DNA of 64,000 bases from a bacterium (GCA_963681965.1 OY820579.1:3328001-3392000); one strand, 5' to 3'. Positions 54,401 to 63,043 are shown, numbered from the stretch's first letter. Notes: generated by a model not told the origin, from the sequence alone. Made by a program: numbers and translations.

Positions 54401-54751
54401 TCCCCAGAAAGTACAATATTGAAAGGTCCCATTTGTTACATTCCGTGGATCTGAATCTTTCATCATAATAAATCCACCAGAAGTACCTTCTGCTTGAACA
54501 ACGTTGATTCCATACAGCGAATTACCGATGAATTCAATGCTATAACCATTCATCTGAAGACAGGCGTTATCGAAGAAAGTAATCGTGATTGGCCAGCTAT
54601 CGGTTTCAACGTGAATATTGTGATCCATTTCGATTACCCCATGTACTTCAGGGTAATCGGGCCATGGTAGCGGTTGAGCGAAAACAGATGGGATAAACAA
54701 TAAAACCACCATTAGAAAAAAGAGGAAAATCAAATTGCATTTGTTACACAT
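48491..54751 (-). CDS. Giant (~2086 aa) secreted parallel beta-helix repeat protein with helical segment and CTD
   Basis: Signal peptide, many 'N...GI' beta-helix turns, 'DADGTRGDLGA', and 'YPNPFNST...KKAVLLK'. ATG 54751 follows AAGGAG. Confidence 0.88.
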   Translation of the reverse strand: MCNKCNLIFLFFLMVVLLFIPSVFAQPLPWPDYPEVHGVIEMDHNIHVETDSWPITITFFDNACLQMNGYSIEFIGNSLYGINVVQAEGTSGGFIMMKDSDPRNVTNGTFQYCTFWGLGANPSTPNAVEEGNAVIKVKMSRSEANPPTTPQLTFNHCTFNSCPSHGISVIQQHPTGTTTLRSINISFLHSYMSGSGADPLFSGFYIRADDGLATDPAFSIGLSCSIEMEQSHIDNFGYGQPVRNEIYSTDRPFGSAIERIGAGTQEIAIRNGDYVSNEVLTMPVIQNCGNGISCRGDKLKASINIQPGNPRATTTFSDLSGSGIWVDAGWIGSLGFAADGITAYNLSLFNTGLDGIRVGTEFVTTTTDYRFLSPGGHEGRMYLEDCSISQIGSLQTGDNDEHFEANGIYCYRGSIECDVVNSRIEYVYSNGIKFYTEVFPAGRPASWWKAPTYSNLSFRRKITDNSVVLDPAVEPTIYPWAVIQQCGYRFTPANPPIYDQNHGIRTGSYPWVNELNQPVFKTFGRLHCYDAAIMQNSGSGVAMRGQGFSYYINPNTGEISHNTYPTENAKYYGSIELNGCATDNNEQHGIHIKGIDNSVFVHSQARIQQTDNFRNLHAFIRNNLGKGILLDTMFVYQPNYAIPNNNRILVGGALDSVPVEIRHNQGGGIIAEEFGDGDLGEFGFYQNGFYVFGGVKIQGILTTNQHEPAEYGFALNSEFADRNQAKILPSGSYIGIELPKHPTQTYSFMGRVQIYDHTRDGVMSKGRGNLFYIEAEISGNYWNGLRFEERPDSNQNREDGAGYHEINMGNCLVDGNGLNGMYVVSRTDCSVNPMFGYSYLIVNVCTFSHNNRLLTNDARAGVWMCQNGGRFEGNGNAFYGTPQRNGLLESGVANDYLIMGGAFYDQLYGFHIDENASDVQLAMDNNFFQSVLYYPATYQGTPSKVNVGPEFYNNSIRGIQVDAQSCENPLPHALYLKLATFRDNPQGGVECNAMLSSMRTRPPIPRFPYWLQLDPMPHTGNSLINNCRFVNNSSTTYPNSANLKLNTSLGYRNLYVSFNEFVGAGYGIQINAPYKTIQNNVIDNPSICGISISEVLASDSKVIQNTVLCNQTGATGLHFERLQPFTGLTTVYGNISVVSPNNPSQPNAYEFNPDNPTGFDFSYCLAWDGTRPWTELVLPRTISPETHRTGNPRVFINSSELLEKYKYHLLWNSDAINAGSVVDPSSRDADGTRGDLGAFSGNFVPSFPDPTNSELLYPPIPNPLISENKRSHWRAGNVLLIADNNPNQVIEITSNLKSGTYQAANSWRVPANASITIEGDFVDYQPQRSNITFSGVVNMIEDAPSCFEGVNGYRMAVVNPGIHRFTGGQWGKNVYQHDRLNRYGGREGERLTYAAFEPSNWQTMIFDGNGNLAQLPIVHLLVEKITSGVSILGPTNQLGYGLSFNDVEIIPENWLRIPNEDYGYALHIRNREAAFNGLVIHQYQNSEPVPFFGIWMSENTNREPPWQDTKVSISNLTFNYQFNNYNRYIYCQNLLSCVQGNPNPLPNDDRNSFILSNAQITPREGHSPQIDPRMGWVSNSGIRIENSTFMMDNVEIQGIEQGNALELSQIANLYPLCNTISNSTFARSTTTDENGSRTHDGNGVVCYSNSYPTFIQCQIYRNASYGLFSQMGSHPAFVNTSLQNLGSEVYDNFENAENGRELLKAQVFHAATLSTEAAPMFDNNSIYTTFNEVRENPLIRRMNYSDDNPTASFYNAVFWNQLDPNTPPMMDPRSDTTNLHKRMYYVRDVDESRAMLPEPPDPNTHDRTMYSNPLPCIPGSGFYGYRTIDGIGKLQNGDYPGAAQCFYDAIYNEELPLHIRSHSVPLYFVANKYRGISYKDNLAIQETMEKDFSGTDMFPAVRNYGPLLCLLNDDPDKAMEKYEQFRIAPLSLEDSLSAIYALAILDPVMGPESELFSVTSELAAMSRHVNRVDEVMHTINEARRTQSQPPSEGHLVTIPATFALNSVYPNPFNSTLHIRFDVPKNDRVSIILYDAQGRQAEVLHEGNLTAGSHEISWHADRMASGVYFVSMKAPGFVATKKAVLLK

Positions 54752-55502
54752 TCTCAATCTCCTTTATTGTTCTCGGTTCGAGAATTGAAAAAATGAATTT
54801 CTGATTGAATTGTTCAGTTGTAAAGGTGAGTAGCTAAAAAAATCGTTTCCAGATTAGTTCGATTGTATTGATTCGCTCTATAGAAATAATATTATGATTC
54901 GAAGTTGAACATTAAGCCCAATTTCGAGAATCACAATAAAGTTAGTAACAAAAAATAAATTACTTAGACTATCAAGACGTAGTGAGTCTGCAAATTGATA
55001 GCTAAAGGCTTGATGATGGGAAATGGATTATTAACCCAACAATAATGATCGATGCAATTCTCAATAAAACGAACCGTATTTCTGAGTATTCGCACTTATC
55101 TTGCTGGATTCATTAATCCTTATCTCGCCGATCCTCATTTATTTTAAGCTGAAATGTAGGAGATCAAATCGACTTTTATAAGTCGTAGTATCGGTCGAAA
55201 ACTTACTCATTGAGCATTAAATATTATTGTCATGTGAAAGGTAGCAATTCACGTTTATCTATGCAATGAGTTATCAATTAAGACAAATGATTAATTAATT
55301 TTTGTTTAATATCTTATATCAACGTATTATATTTCAATACAAGTATATTTTTATTTAGTTGACAATAAGACTTATTATCGCAACTCCAACCATTCTACAG
55401 ACGTCAACAGGTAACATTTCAATGATTAACCTGAGGTGAACAATCGTCGGATGAAAATAAATTTGCGTAGAAACAATCGAGATCTATGTGAACGGTTCAC
55501 TT

Positions 55503-55736
55503 TCATATTCGTCGATCGCTGAGTTGATGCAACCGAAAGTACAACTCGTCGGAAAGCATCTCCTCATTTTGGATAAACGCATCATCAAGAACTTTGTTGG
55601 TCTTATCGAAAAGGTCTAAGTGACGGGTCTCTGGGAACCGATCGAAGAATCTAGTGAGTAGCTCTTGGGAAATCCCTGACAGGAAACGCTGACTACGAAC
55701 GGACTGACGGATCTGGACATTGCAAAATCTCATCAT
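55503..55736 (-). pseudogene. Gene remnant paralogous to 48023-48385
   Basis: 'SQRFLSGISQELLTRFFDRFPET...LSDELYFRLHQLSD'. Confidence 0.5.
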
Positions 55737-55938
55737 AAGTAATGAATAACTACCGCATGAAGATTAACTAAGATTAAATAATTATTATATAATATAAATG
55801 CTTATGCAAAATTATACACATAAGTATTAATGGTAATAATAATATGATTGTTAACAGTTTTTGGAACACAGTCACTGTCGATAAAAGATAAAACGACCGC
55901 CCCACATTCCTGTGAGGCGGTTTTAACTAGAGCTGTAA

Positions 55939-56365
55939 TTACTTTACATCTTACTTCGTGGCGACAAATCCTGGTTACTTCATCGTGATGAAATAAATAC
56001 CGTTACTAACCTTCATACCGCTGGAGTTATTGCCATCCCAGGTGATGCGATAGCTGCCGGTAGTAAAGTCCTTATCGGTGAGTGTCTTCACCAACCGACC
56101 TAACGCATCGTATACCGATACCACTAGCATTCCGAAGTTGAATCAAGCGTTGTGACGACCGCAAGTCAACTGGTAGAGCTTTCCTTGGAAAATCCCAACA
56201 AAAGCATTTTGATGCCTTGAAAACGGCAATGCTCGTCGTGATCGACCGAACTTCGAAGGGTCTCCTCGATGTCGTCTAAAGTCCCGTTCTCGGGATTCGG
56301 AAATAGTGAGCGCATGACATAAGATAATAAAACATGCTACTAGATTTATGAGAACCGGTATAATT
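55939..56365 (-). pseudogene. Second, more decayed copy of the IS remnant + orphan CTD block
   Basis: Direct repeat of 40862-41305 with internal stops (MK*PGFVATK*) and a small deletion. Confidence 0.8.
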
Positions 56366-56686
56366 GTTCAGTTCTTCGAGAATTTTCGCGACTCGACAAC
56401 TTGATTGATCGAAATTGCTGCATCCTTTCATCAATGTACCGAGCAGATAGTATCAGGTGTCAGTTGTGTAACAAAACACACTCATGGTTTCTTCGAATCG
56501 GACAAAAGCGATATTTTTGAATCAGTATTATTTGGGCACAAAGAAACCGCCTCACTTATTGATGAGGCGGTTTTAATAATTTTTATAAGTGATTCTTTGA
56601 ACTGTGTCGATCTGATCAATGAAAAACCGGAAATGCCGATTCGGCAAAGAACCGAATATTTTTAGATCATCGTCGTATTCAAGATG

Positions 56687-58357
56687 CTAGTGATTATTAC
56701 GCTCTAACGTAAATTGTTCGACGGCTTTAGATAATACTACCGTTTCATTTGCCAATTTCGCTGCTGCAGTAGCAGATTTTTCCGTTATTTGTGAATAGCT
56801 CTCGGATAATTGCGTCGCTTCGGCAACCACTTCTCTAATACTATTCACATCTGAAACTTGCTCTTGGCTTGCATTCGAAATCCAATCGATTAATTTACTG
56901 ACTTGATTAACCGATTCGACGATTTCGATCAATGCACGATAAACGGCATTGGTTAGTTCCTCACCCTCTTTTACTCGCTGAATGGAACTCTGAATCAGCG
57001 TATCCGTTTTCGCCGACGAACCGTGCGATTGTTCAGCGAGATTCTGAATATTCTTCGTTAATTCCTCGAAGCCGACACCTGCCGAATCTACGTGTGCCGC
57101 TTCGACAGCGGCGTTGATCGCAAGGAAATTGGATTCAAAAGCAATTTTATTCATTTCCTTAGTTAGTGTAACGATCGAATCTTGACTGATTGTATTGCTA
57201 GAAGTCGATGTTGTCGAAGATGTTGAAAAATCGTCTTCGATTAAATTCGCCAGTTCCTTACATCGTAACGATAATTTTCGAACTTCTCCTGCAACGACAG
57301 CAAAACCGCGAGCAGAGGCACCTACTTTTCCCGCTTCAGTAGAGGCATTCTTGGTCAATGAATCAGTCTGAGCTGTCACCGAATTGATTTCCTGCAAAAT
57401 GACTTTCGTACCCTCTGATGTCTTTAAAATATCGGTCATCGCTTTGCGTAACGAATTCATTGCTTCGTTACCCTTGTCAACCGAAGCTTTGGCTTGGTTG
57501 GAGATTTGCTTGCTTTGAAGTGCGCTTTCCGAAGTCTGCTTTGTTCTAGTGCTAATTTGTGCAAGATTATCCGAAGAAGATCGTAAGAGATTCGATTGTT
57601 GAATAGCGCCGAACATTACTTCTTGATTTGACGCAGTAATCTGTTCACCGACCATCGAAACGTTGACGACAGCAGATGCAACTTGCGAAAATGCCGAATG
57701 CAATGCAGTTAGCGACTTATTGAGAGCCTTCTTGATCTGAGCATGTTCGCCGCGGTATTTTCCATTCATCCGAATAGTCAGGTCGTAATCGGAAAGCTTG
57801 TTAAGCACATTATTGGCTTCTCGAACCGGATCGATCGTAGCGTCCAGGATTTCATTAATCCCCATGATCAGATCTTTCCAATTGCCATCGTAATCCCAGT
57901 CGTTGCCTCGGGTTTGCAATTTTCCTTCTTTGACGGCACGAATCAAATTTTGCATTTCGTGATGCATTCCGTATAGCACCGCTAAAAAGGTATTCAGGTT
58001 TCGTTTGATATCGTTATATTCACCGACGTATTCGTCGACGATAAAATCGGGAATCTTCCCGTGTGCAATTTGTTCAATTTGATTTGCCGTTAATCGTAAC
58101 GGATTGACCAGCGAATCCAGCATCGAATTAACGGCTGTAATCAATTGTGCCGAAGTTCCGGAAAATTGATCGGGATCGCCTCGTTCGCTTAGTATGCCGT
58201 TATTCATAGCCTCAGTCAAGCGGATAATCTCTTTAACGGCAAGGTCAACTTCGGAATGATTTTGGGTCAAATCTGATTTTCGATCGTTGTCTTTTTTAAC
58301 GGAAACAACCGAAGATTTTGATTTTGACGCTTTGACAGAGGGCATTTTACCGTTCAT
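56687..58357 (-). CDS. Soluble methyl-accepting chemotaxis protein (poly-HAMP-like, duplicated signalling tip)
   Basis: No TM segment; HAMP-like repeats; 'RGFAVVAGEVRKLS' and 'ESNFLAINAAVEAA'; 'ISNASQEQ'. Confidence 0.88.
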   Translation of the reverse strand: MNGKMPSVKASKSKSSVVSVKKDNDRKSDLTQNHSEVDLAVKEIIRLTEAMNNGILSERGDPDQFSGTSAQLITAVNSMLDSLVNPLRLTANQIEQIAHGKIPDFIVDEYVGEYNDIKRNLNTFLAVLYGMHHEMQNLIRAVKEGKLQTRGNDWDYDGNWKDLIMGINEILDATIDPVREANNVLNKLSDYDLTIRMNGKYRGEHAQIKKALNKSLTALHSAFSQVASAVVNVSMVGEQITASNQEVMFGAIQQSNLLRSSSDNLAQISTRTKQTSESALQSKQISNQAKASVDKGNEAMNSLRKAMTDILKTSEGTKVILQEINSVTAQTDSLTKNASTEAGKVGASARGFAVVAGEVRKLSLRCKELANLIEDDFSTSSTTSTSSNTISQDSIVTLTKEMNKIAFESNFLAINAAVEAAHVDSAGVGFEELTKNIQNLAEQSHGSSAKTDTLIQSSIQRVKEGEELTNAVYRALIEIVESVNQVSKLIDWISNASQEQVSDVNSIREVVAEATQLSESYSQITEKSATAAAKLANETVVLSKAVEQFTLERNNH

Positions 58358-58405
58358 TTTATTCTCGCTTGAAAATGTGAATAGGCAAATAGTAGTAATC
58401 AATCG

Positions 58406-58909
58406 TTACGATAGTTCACTCAATTCAATCAGATTACTCTGTTTGAGAATTCGAATTACAGTATCCATTGTCGGTTGAATTGCATCGACGACACATTCAT
58501 GCATTTCGGATCCCAATTCATCGAAGTTGCGCCCTTCAACCCCGATAAAAATCGTTCGATTCGGTTTTGTTTCGGGCGCGAGTGACGAAGCAATATCCAA
58601 CGCTTCTTTCAGACCAATTCCGTGGATTGATACGGCTGCATCGGACCGAAAAGGCAGATCGTCACCCTCTAGGATCGAAATTGTACCTGGTGCGTTACCG
58701 AACCGAACTGCATCGATAACAATCAATAAATCTTGCCCGGTTAGCAAATCGATCAATTCAAAACCGCCAACACTGAGAAATAACAATTGTACCGATGATG
58801 GTAACGACCGACCGATTAGTTTCCGGTAGATATGCCAACCGACAGCATCGTCGCCAACCAGTTCATTCCCAATGCATACTATCAGGACATTGTTAGACAA
58901 TGGTCTCAC
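58406..58909 (-). CDS. Hydrogenase maturation protease (HycI/HybD family)
   Basis: 'CIGNELVGDDAVG', 'VIDAV..G.APG', 'SIHG'. GTG start overlaps the upstream stop. Confidence 0.92.
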   Translation of the reverse strand: MRPLSNNVLIVCIGNELVGDDAVGWHIYRKLIGRSLPSSVQLLFLSVGGFELIDLLTGQDLLIVIDAVRFGNAPGTISILEGDDLPFRSDAAVSIHGIGLKEALDIASSLAPETKPNRTIFIGVEGRNFDELGSEMHECVVDAIQPTMDTVIRILKQSNLIELSELS

Positions 58910-59364
58910 CGAATTTTCATGTGAGTGCGGCATTTCTTGGCATCTGGTTCAACGTCGGATTTTACCGGTCGAAAAGTCAACTCATTGACAATACCGTCTA
59001 AATAACTGTGAAATAATTTACACAACGGTCCGCCAATCGGAAGATTCCGGTTTTCACAAACAGCCCGAATGGCACACCGTTCAATTCGCATCTCGATATT
59101 GTGGTCTTGACAAACGTAAGCGAGGTCGAAACCGTGTTTGAAGTATTCGGAAACCGATTGCATCACATTTTCGGCGTTCGGATCTGCCAGATAGATCGGG
59201 ATTTTCTTCGCCATCTCGCGACCGGTAATTCGACCGACCGAACCGGTTGCACCACCCATTAAATCGTCGATCGTATCGGAAAATATGTCCAGCAAAAAAG
59301 ACAATTCTGCGAACGCATTTTCGTGATCGACCATCGTGAGATCTTTTTCTGTTCCGGCGTTCAT
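58906..59364 (-). CDS. V4R-like (Cys-liganded small-molecule-binding) protein
   Basis: 'GRITGREMA', 'RCAIRAVC', 'GPLCKLFHSYLDGIV', final Cys. Confidence 0.7.
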   Translation of the reverse strand: MNAGTEKDLTMVDHENAFAELSFLLDIFSDTIDDLMGGATGSVGRITGREMAKKIPIYLADPNAENVMQSVSEYFKHGFDLAYVCQDHNIEMRIERCAIRAVCENRNLPIGGPLCKLFHSYLDGIVNELTFRPVKSDVEPDAKKCRTHMKIR

Positions 59365-59612
59365 AGAAATTTTCCTATCCGGTCGGTAAATTCACGATCG
59401 CGGTAAAAGTTCTTAGTGATATGGTATTCGAAATGCGTGATAGCATGAGACGGGCAAAGATAAGAGCAACTTAAACAGGCAATGCAGTCCTCGACTGTTT
59501 TCACACTGGCTTTCATCGTCATGTCATCGAATGCGAATACATCCGTTGGACAAATATCGACACACATCTGACACCCACGACATGCTTTGTCGTGAATTTC
59601 AATTCGCAGCAT
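59361..59612 (-). CDS. 2[4Fe-4S] ferredoxin
   Basis: 'CRGCQMCVDICP' and 'CIACLSCSYLCP'. Confidence 0.92.
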   Translation of the reverse strand: MLRIEIHDKACRGCQMCVDICPTDVFAFDDMTMKASVKTVEDCIACLSCSYLCPSHAITHFEYHITKNFYRDREFTDRIGKFL

Positions 59613-61029
59613 CGACTACCCTCCCGATTTGTCGAATCGTTTCGCCATTTCGACGAATATCGATCGTTAACGGCATTTTTCCAGCAGCATGAGTAGCACA
59701 TGAGAGACAGGGATCGTAGCACCGAATGGCAAACTCTACCGCATTTAGTATTTCTTTGTCATTTTTTCTTAAGACATGCGAAGTCGCTGCCTGCATAATA
59801 CCACGATTGATTGCGGTGTAATTCTGTTGGGTCGCAACGATAAGATTTGCCGATCGTACGATACCGTCTTCGTCGATTTCATAATCGTGAATCAAGGTAC
59901 CACGTGCCGCTTCGACATGACCGACACCGCGACTGCCACGGAATTTCACCGGGATCCGGGTTTCACCCCAGATTGCCGAATTGTCGACAAGGCGTCGCGC
60001 GTTTTCACAGACATAAATTAATTCGATAGCTCGGGCATAAATATGCATGATCGAGCAGTGACAGGGATGACCGAATTCCGCCCGAAAATCAAGCATTTCT
60101 TTGTTCGCGAGCGGGGTGTCGATCGAATCGATACTATTAATTCTACTCAACGTACCAACGCGGTAAGATTGCTGTTCGCTACCATTCAGAACAAACATGG
60201 GTTTCATGTAAGACCAATCCAGTGCCGTTTCTGCGATGTATTGGCAGTAATCCTTGGCAGCATATTCGTGTTTTGTAACCCCTTTATCATCAATGATGCG
60301 TAACTTCCCGTCATATAAATTCATGCGACCATCTTGAACTGTCCCCATATACCAACAGGGAATATTCCAAGTGGCAAGAATTTCTGGATTCGCCTCCATT
60401 AGTTTTCGGAAGAGCGATTTAATCACGGGAAGAAGCTCACAAGCTAACTTGAGTGCTTCGTCGGTCCATTCGACCAACGTCTTGTGTTTTTCATGATCGA
60501 GAGTAAATGAAATTCCTCCAGCAACCGACGTTACTGGGTGAATACCGCGACCACCGATCATTTCGTTGATTTTTTGACCGAGTGTTCGAAGTCGGAGTGC
60601 TTTTTTAGCGATCTCCGGTACGGCATTCACTACCCCGACTATATTTCGGGTTGCCGGATCGGAATCTAATCCCATCACCAAATCGGGACCTGACAAGACA
60701 AACAGCGATAAAACATGGGAATGAATGATGTGACCCATATATAACAGTTCACGGAGAATTTTCGCAGCGGGTGGCGGAGTGACGCCAGCGGCTTCATCAA
60801 GCGCTTTGGAAGCTGCTAGGTGATGTGCAGATGGGCAAACACCGCAAATTCTGGCAGTGATCAAAGGAACACGATCGGCTTCGACACCGACGAGGATCCG
60901 CTCAAAGCCACGCAGCTCGTTTACAACCAAGCCACCATTGATTAATTTTCCATCGTCGTCAATATCGAGAAATACCTGAGCATGACCCTCGATGCGAGTC
61001 ACTGGATCAATTGCTATTGTCCTACTCAC
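59599..61029 (-). CDS. mvhA: [NiFe] hydrogenase large subunit, group 3 (MvhA-like)
   Basis: 'PVTRIEGH', L1 'RICGVC..H', L2 'YDPCLSCATH', plus a cleavable C-terminal extension. Confidence 0.9.
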   Translation of the reverse strand: MSRTIAIDPVTRIEGHAQVFLDIDDDGKLINGGLVVNELRGFERILVGVEADRVPLITARICGVCPSAHHLAASKALDEAAGVTPPPAAKILRELLYMGHIIHSHVLSLFVLSGPDLVMGLDSDPATRNIVGVVNAVPEIAKKALRLRTLGQKINEMIGGRGIHPVTSVAGGISFTLDHEKHKTLVEWTDEALKLACELLPVIKSLFRKLMEANPEILATWNIPCWYMGTVQDGRMNLYDGKLRIIDDKGVTKHEYAAKDYCQYIAETALDWSYMKPMFVLNGSEQQSYRVGTLSRINSIDSIDTPLANKEMLDFRAEFGHPCHCSIMHIYARAIELIYVCENARRLVDNSAIWGETRIPVKFRGSRGVGHVEAARGTLIHDYEIDEDGIVRSANLIVATQQNYTAINRGIMQAATSHVLRKNDKEILNAVEFAIRCYDPCLSCATHAAGKMPLTIDIRRNGETIRQIGRVVDAAN

Positions 61030-61964
61030 AGTTTCTCCTCTTCTACTTCTTCGATCCATTTCTTGATCAGAAAGGTCGGTTTTTGTCCGATCATTTTCGA
61101 AGCCATAGCATAGGCATAATGCGATTTTGCTTGACGTTCGATCGTTCGTTTGATATCTGTATCGGGAATCTTAGTCAACCGGCTCATTCGATCTGCCAAC
61201 TCGGTTCTGATGTCGCGATTCGGTTCGGTTAGCACTTGCATCGTCGGTCCAGCGCATCCGGTACAGGTTACGCCGTTGATGGGACAAGGAGCTAAGCAGC
61301 GATCCAAAGTAATCGAACCGAGACATAAATATCCTTGGCTCAATAAACAAGTCTCTTTTTCCGGTATCCCATCGTGATTTTGTTTCAATTTCGATACGTC
61401 GGTTTTCTTCATCGTCCGTTCACAACTCGCACAAACCGATTCATCTTTCGCCTTAGGCGCTCGATCGTTCACCAGAGCTAGTAGCGCATCGAAGATAAAC
61501 GCGGCGTGTGGCGGACAACCCGGTAAATACAGATCGACCGGTATTACTTCGTCTAGCGGTGTTACCAGTTTCTCAAGTTTGGAGACTTTCGACATCGGCG
61601 ATGTGTGGGTTACCGTGGTTTTATTCTCTACGTATACGGTATTCAAAATATCTTCGCGAGAATAAACAATGCTTGCGCCGGGAATTCCACCGTAAGCAGC
61701 ACAGGTTCCGAATGCTACGATCTTCTTGCAGCTTTTACGCATTTCGATCGCGGCATGACGATCATGCTCGCTACGGATAGCTCCCGAAACTAATCCCAAG
61801 TCGGCGGGAGGATAATCTTTGATATCCGTTAAAACGGGACAGTGTTGAATCTCGGCAACGCCCAGGATATCCAGAATCTTTTCATGTAAATCGACGATAC
61901 CGACATGACATCCGCCACAATCGCTCAACCATTCAATGTTGATTTTAATTTTTTGAGCGCTCAT
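61026..61964 (-). CDS. mvhG: [NiFe] hydrogenase small subunit (MvhG-like), no Tat signal
   Basis: 'DCGGC', 'GTCAAYGG', 'LPGCPP', 'CASC', 'CLL..GYLCLG..T...C.A.C....CTGC.GP'. Confidence 0.9.
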   Translation of the reverse strand: MSAQKIKINIEWLSDCGGCHVGIVDLHEKILDILGVAEIQHCPVLTDIKDYPPADLGLVSGAIRSEHDRHAAIEMRKSCKKIVAFGTCAAYGGIPGASIVYSREDILNTVYVENKTTVTHTSPMSKVSKLEKLVTPLDEVIPVDLYLPGCPPHAAFIFDALLALVNDRAPKAKDESVCASCERTMKKTDVSKLKQNHDGIPEKETCLLSQGYLCLGSITLDRCLAPCPINGVTCTGCAGPTMQVLTEPNRDIRTELADRMSRLTKIPDTDIKRTIERQAKSHYAYAMASKMIGQKPTFLIKKWIEEVEEEKL

Positions 61965-61990
61965 TTGTCGTCTACTCCAGTATAAGTCAA

Positions 61991-62512
61991 TTATGATTGC
62001 ATTGGTTGGGAACCGTTTTTAGTAGTGTCAACAGTAACTCGTTTATAACACGCATTCTCACCAGCGTGAATAATCTCCAAGGTCGATAGATGACCGGTGA
62101 TCGATTCCAATGCTGCTGAAATAAACCCGTTTGAGATATGACACAGCGAGCCTTTTTGCGGGTGACCGTATCGGAACAGTGCTTGTCTAATCATACAATC
62201 GCGAAAGACCAGCATCACTTCGTAACCATTCTCTTTAACGACTTTGAGTTCGGGTTGAGTAGAAGGTTTAAAACACTCGATGTGCCACATACATTTATTG
62301 GCTATGAGTAACTCATTGACTTCGAGCAACGCATCTTGGATATCGTCGGTGTGCTTCGCATTTTGCGATAAGTTCTGACCTAATTTCTCGCCTGCTTTAT
62401 AACAGATACTGGTTGCGGTTTCGCCTAACGTTTCCTCCATCCCACATGCTAAGGCACCGAGAAAATTCATCGTTTCTTGAACTAGTTGTCGCTGAGTTTC
62501 CAGGTTATCCAT
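61991..62512 (-). CDS. V4R-like protein
   Basis: 'AGEKLG', 'FRDCMIRQ', 'SLCHISNGFISAALE..TG', 'GENAC'. ATG 62512 follows GAGGTG. Confidence 0.72.
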   Translation of the reverse strand: MDNLETQRQLVQETMNFLGALACGMEETLGETATSICYKAGEKLGQNLSQNAKHTDDIQDALLEVNELLIANKCMWHIECFKPSTQPELKVVKENGYEVMLVFRDCMIRQALFRYGHPQKGSLCHISNGFISAALESITGHLSTLEIIHAGENACYKRVTVDTTKNGSQPMQS

Positions 62513-63043
62513 CTGCGTCACCTCTTGAGAGATAAGTCGTGCAATTTCGCCATCTCGATATGAATGAGATCTTCCGATCAATATTTCCGTTTTAGCTTAC
62601 AGTCGGTATCGGCTTTGTCAGTTTACGCAGGTAGGATAGGACGATTAGTTGTAAACGATTGAGTCGTGGCTGTAGTATTATTGGTTGATTAGATGAGATC
62701 GCATTCACCCTTTCAAAGTAGTTCGTGGATTTAAAGAAGGACAATTGAAATCGTCTAATGTTAAAGCGAGATCAGGGCTGTCACAAGTATTTTCGGAGAA
62801 AACGGAAGAATTCTTTACGCTCATTTACAAAATATTTCATATTGTTACTGTTTTAATTTAATTTGTACTGTATACTAATTGTAATCTTAGCGAATTTATA
62901 TCGGTGCTGATGAAATTTTTATGTAACATAGATCAACATTTCTTGTTCATTTTCGACTGATACAGTAATTTGTGAAACGATATTGAACACAACATATCAG
63001 TAAGAATCTGACTGAGTCATTTTAAATTGTGGCTACTTATACT

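Noticed and set aside
54760-55500. Hidden gene or RNA in the AT-rich spacer
   Set aside because: No ORF, repeat or convincing structure; likely promoter region or decayed DNA.
59599-61029. [NiFeSe] hydrogenase
   Set aside because: The L2 motif has Cys (DPCLSC) and there is no in-frame TGA.
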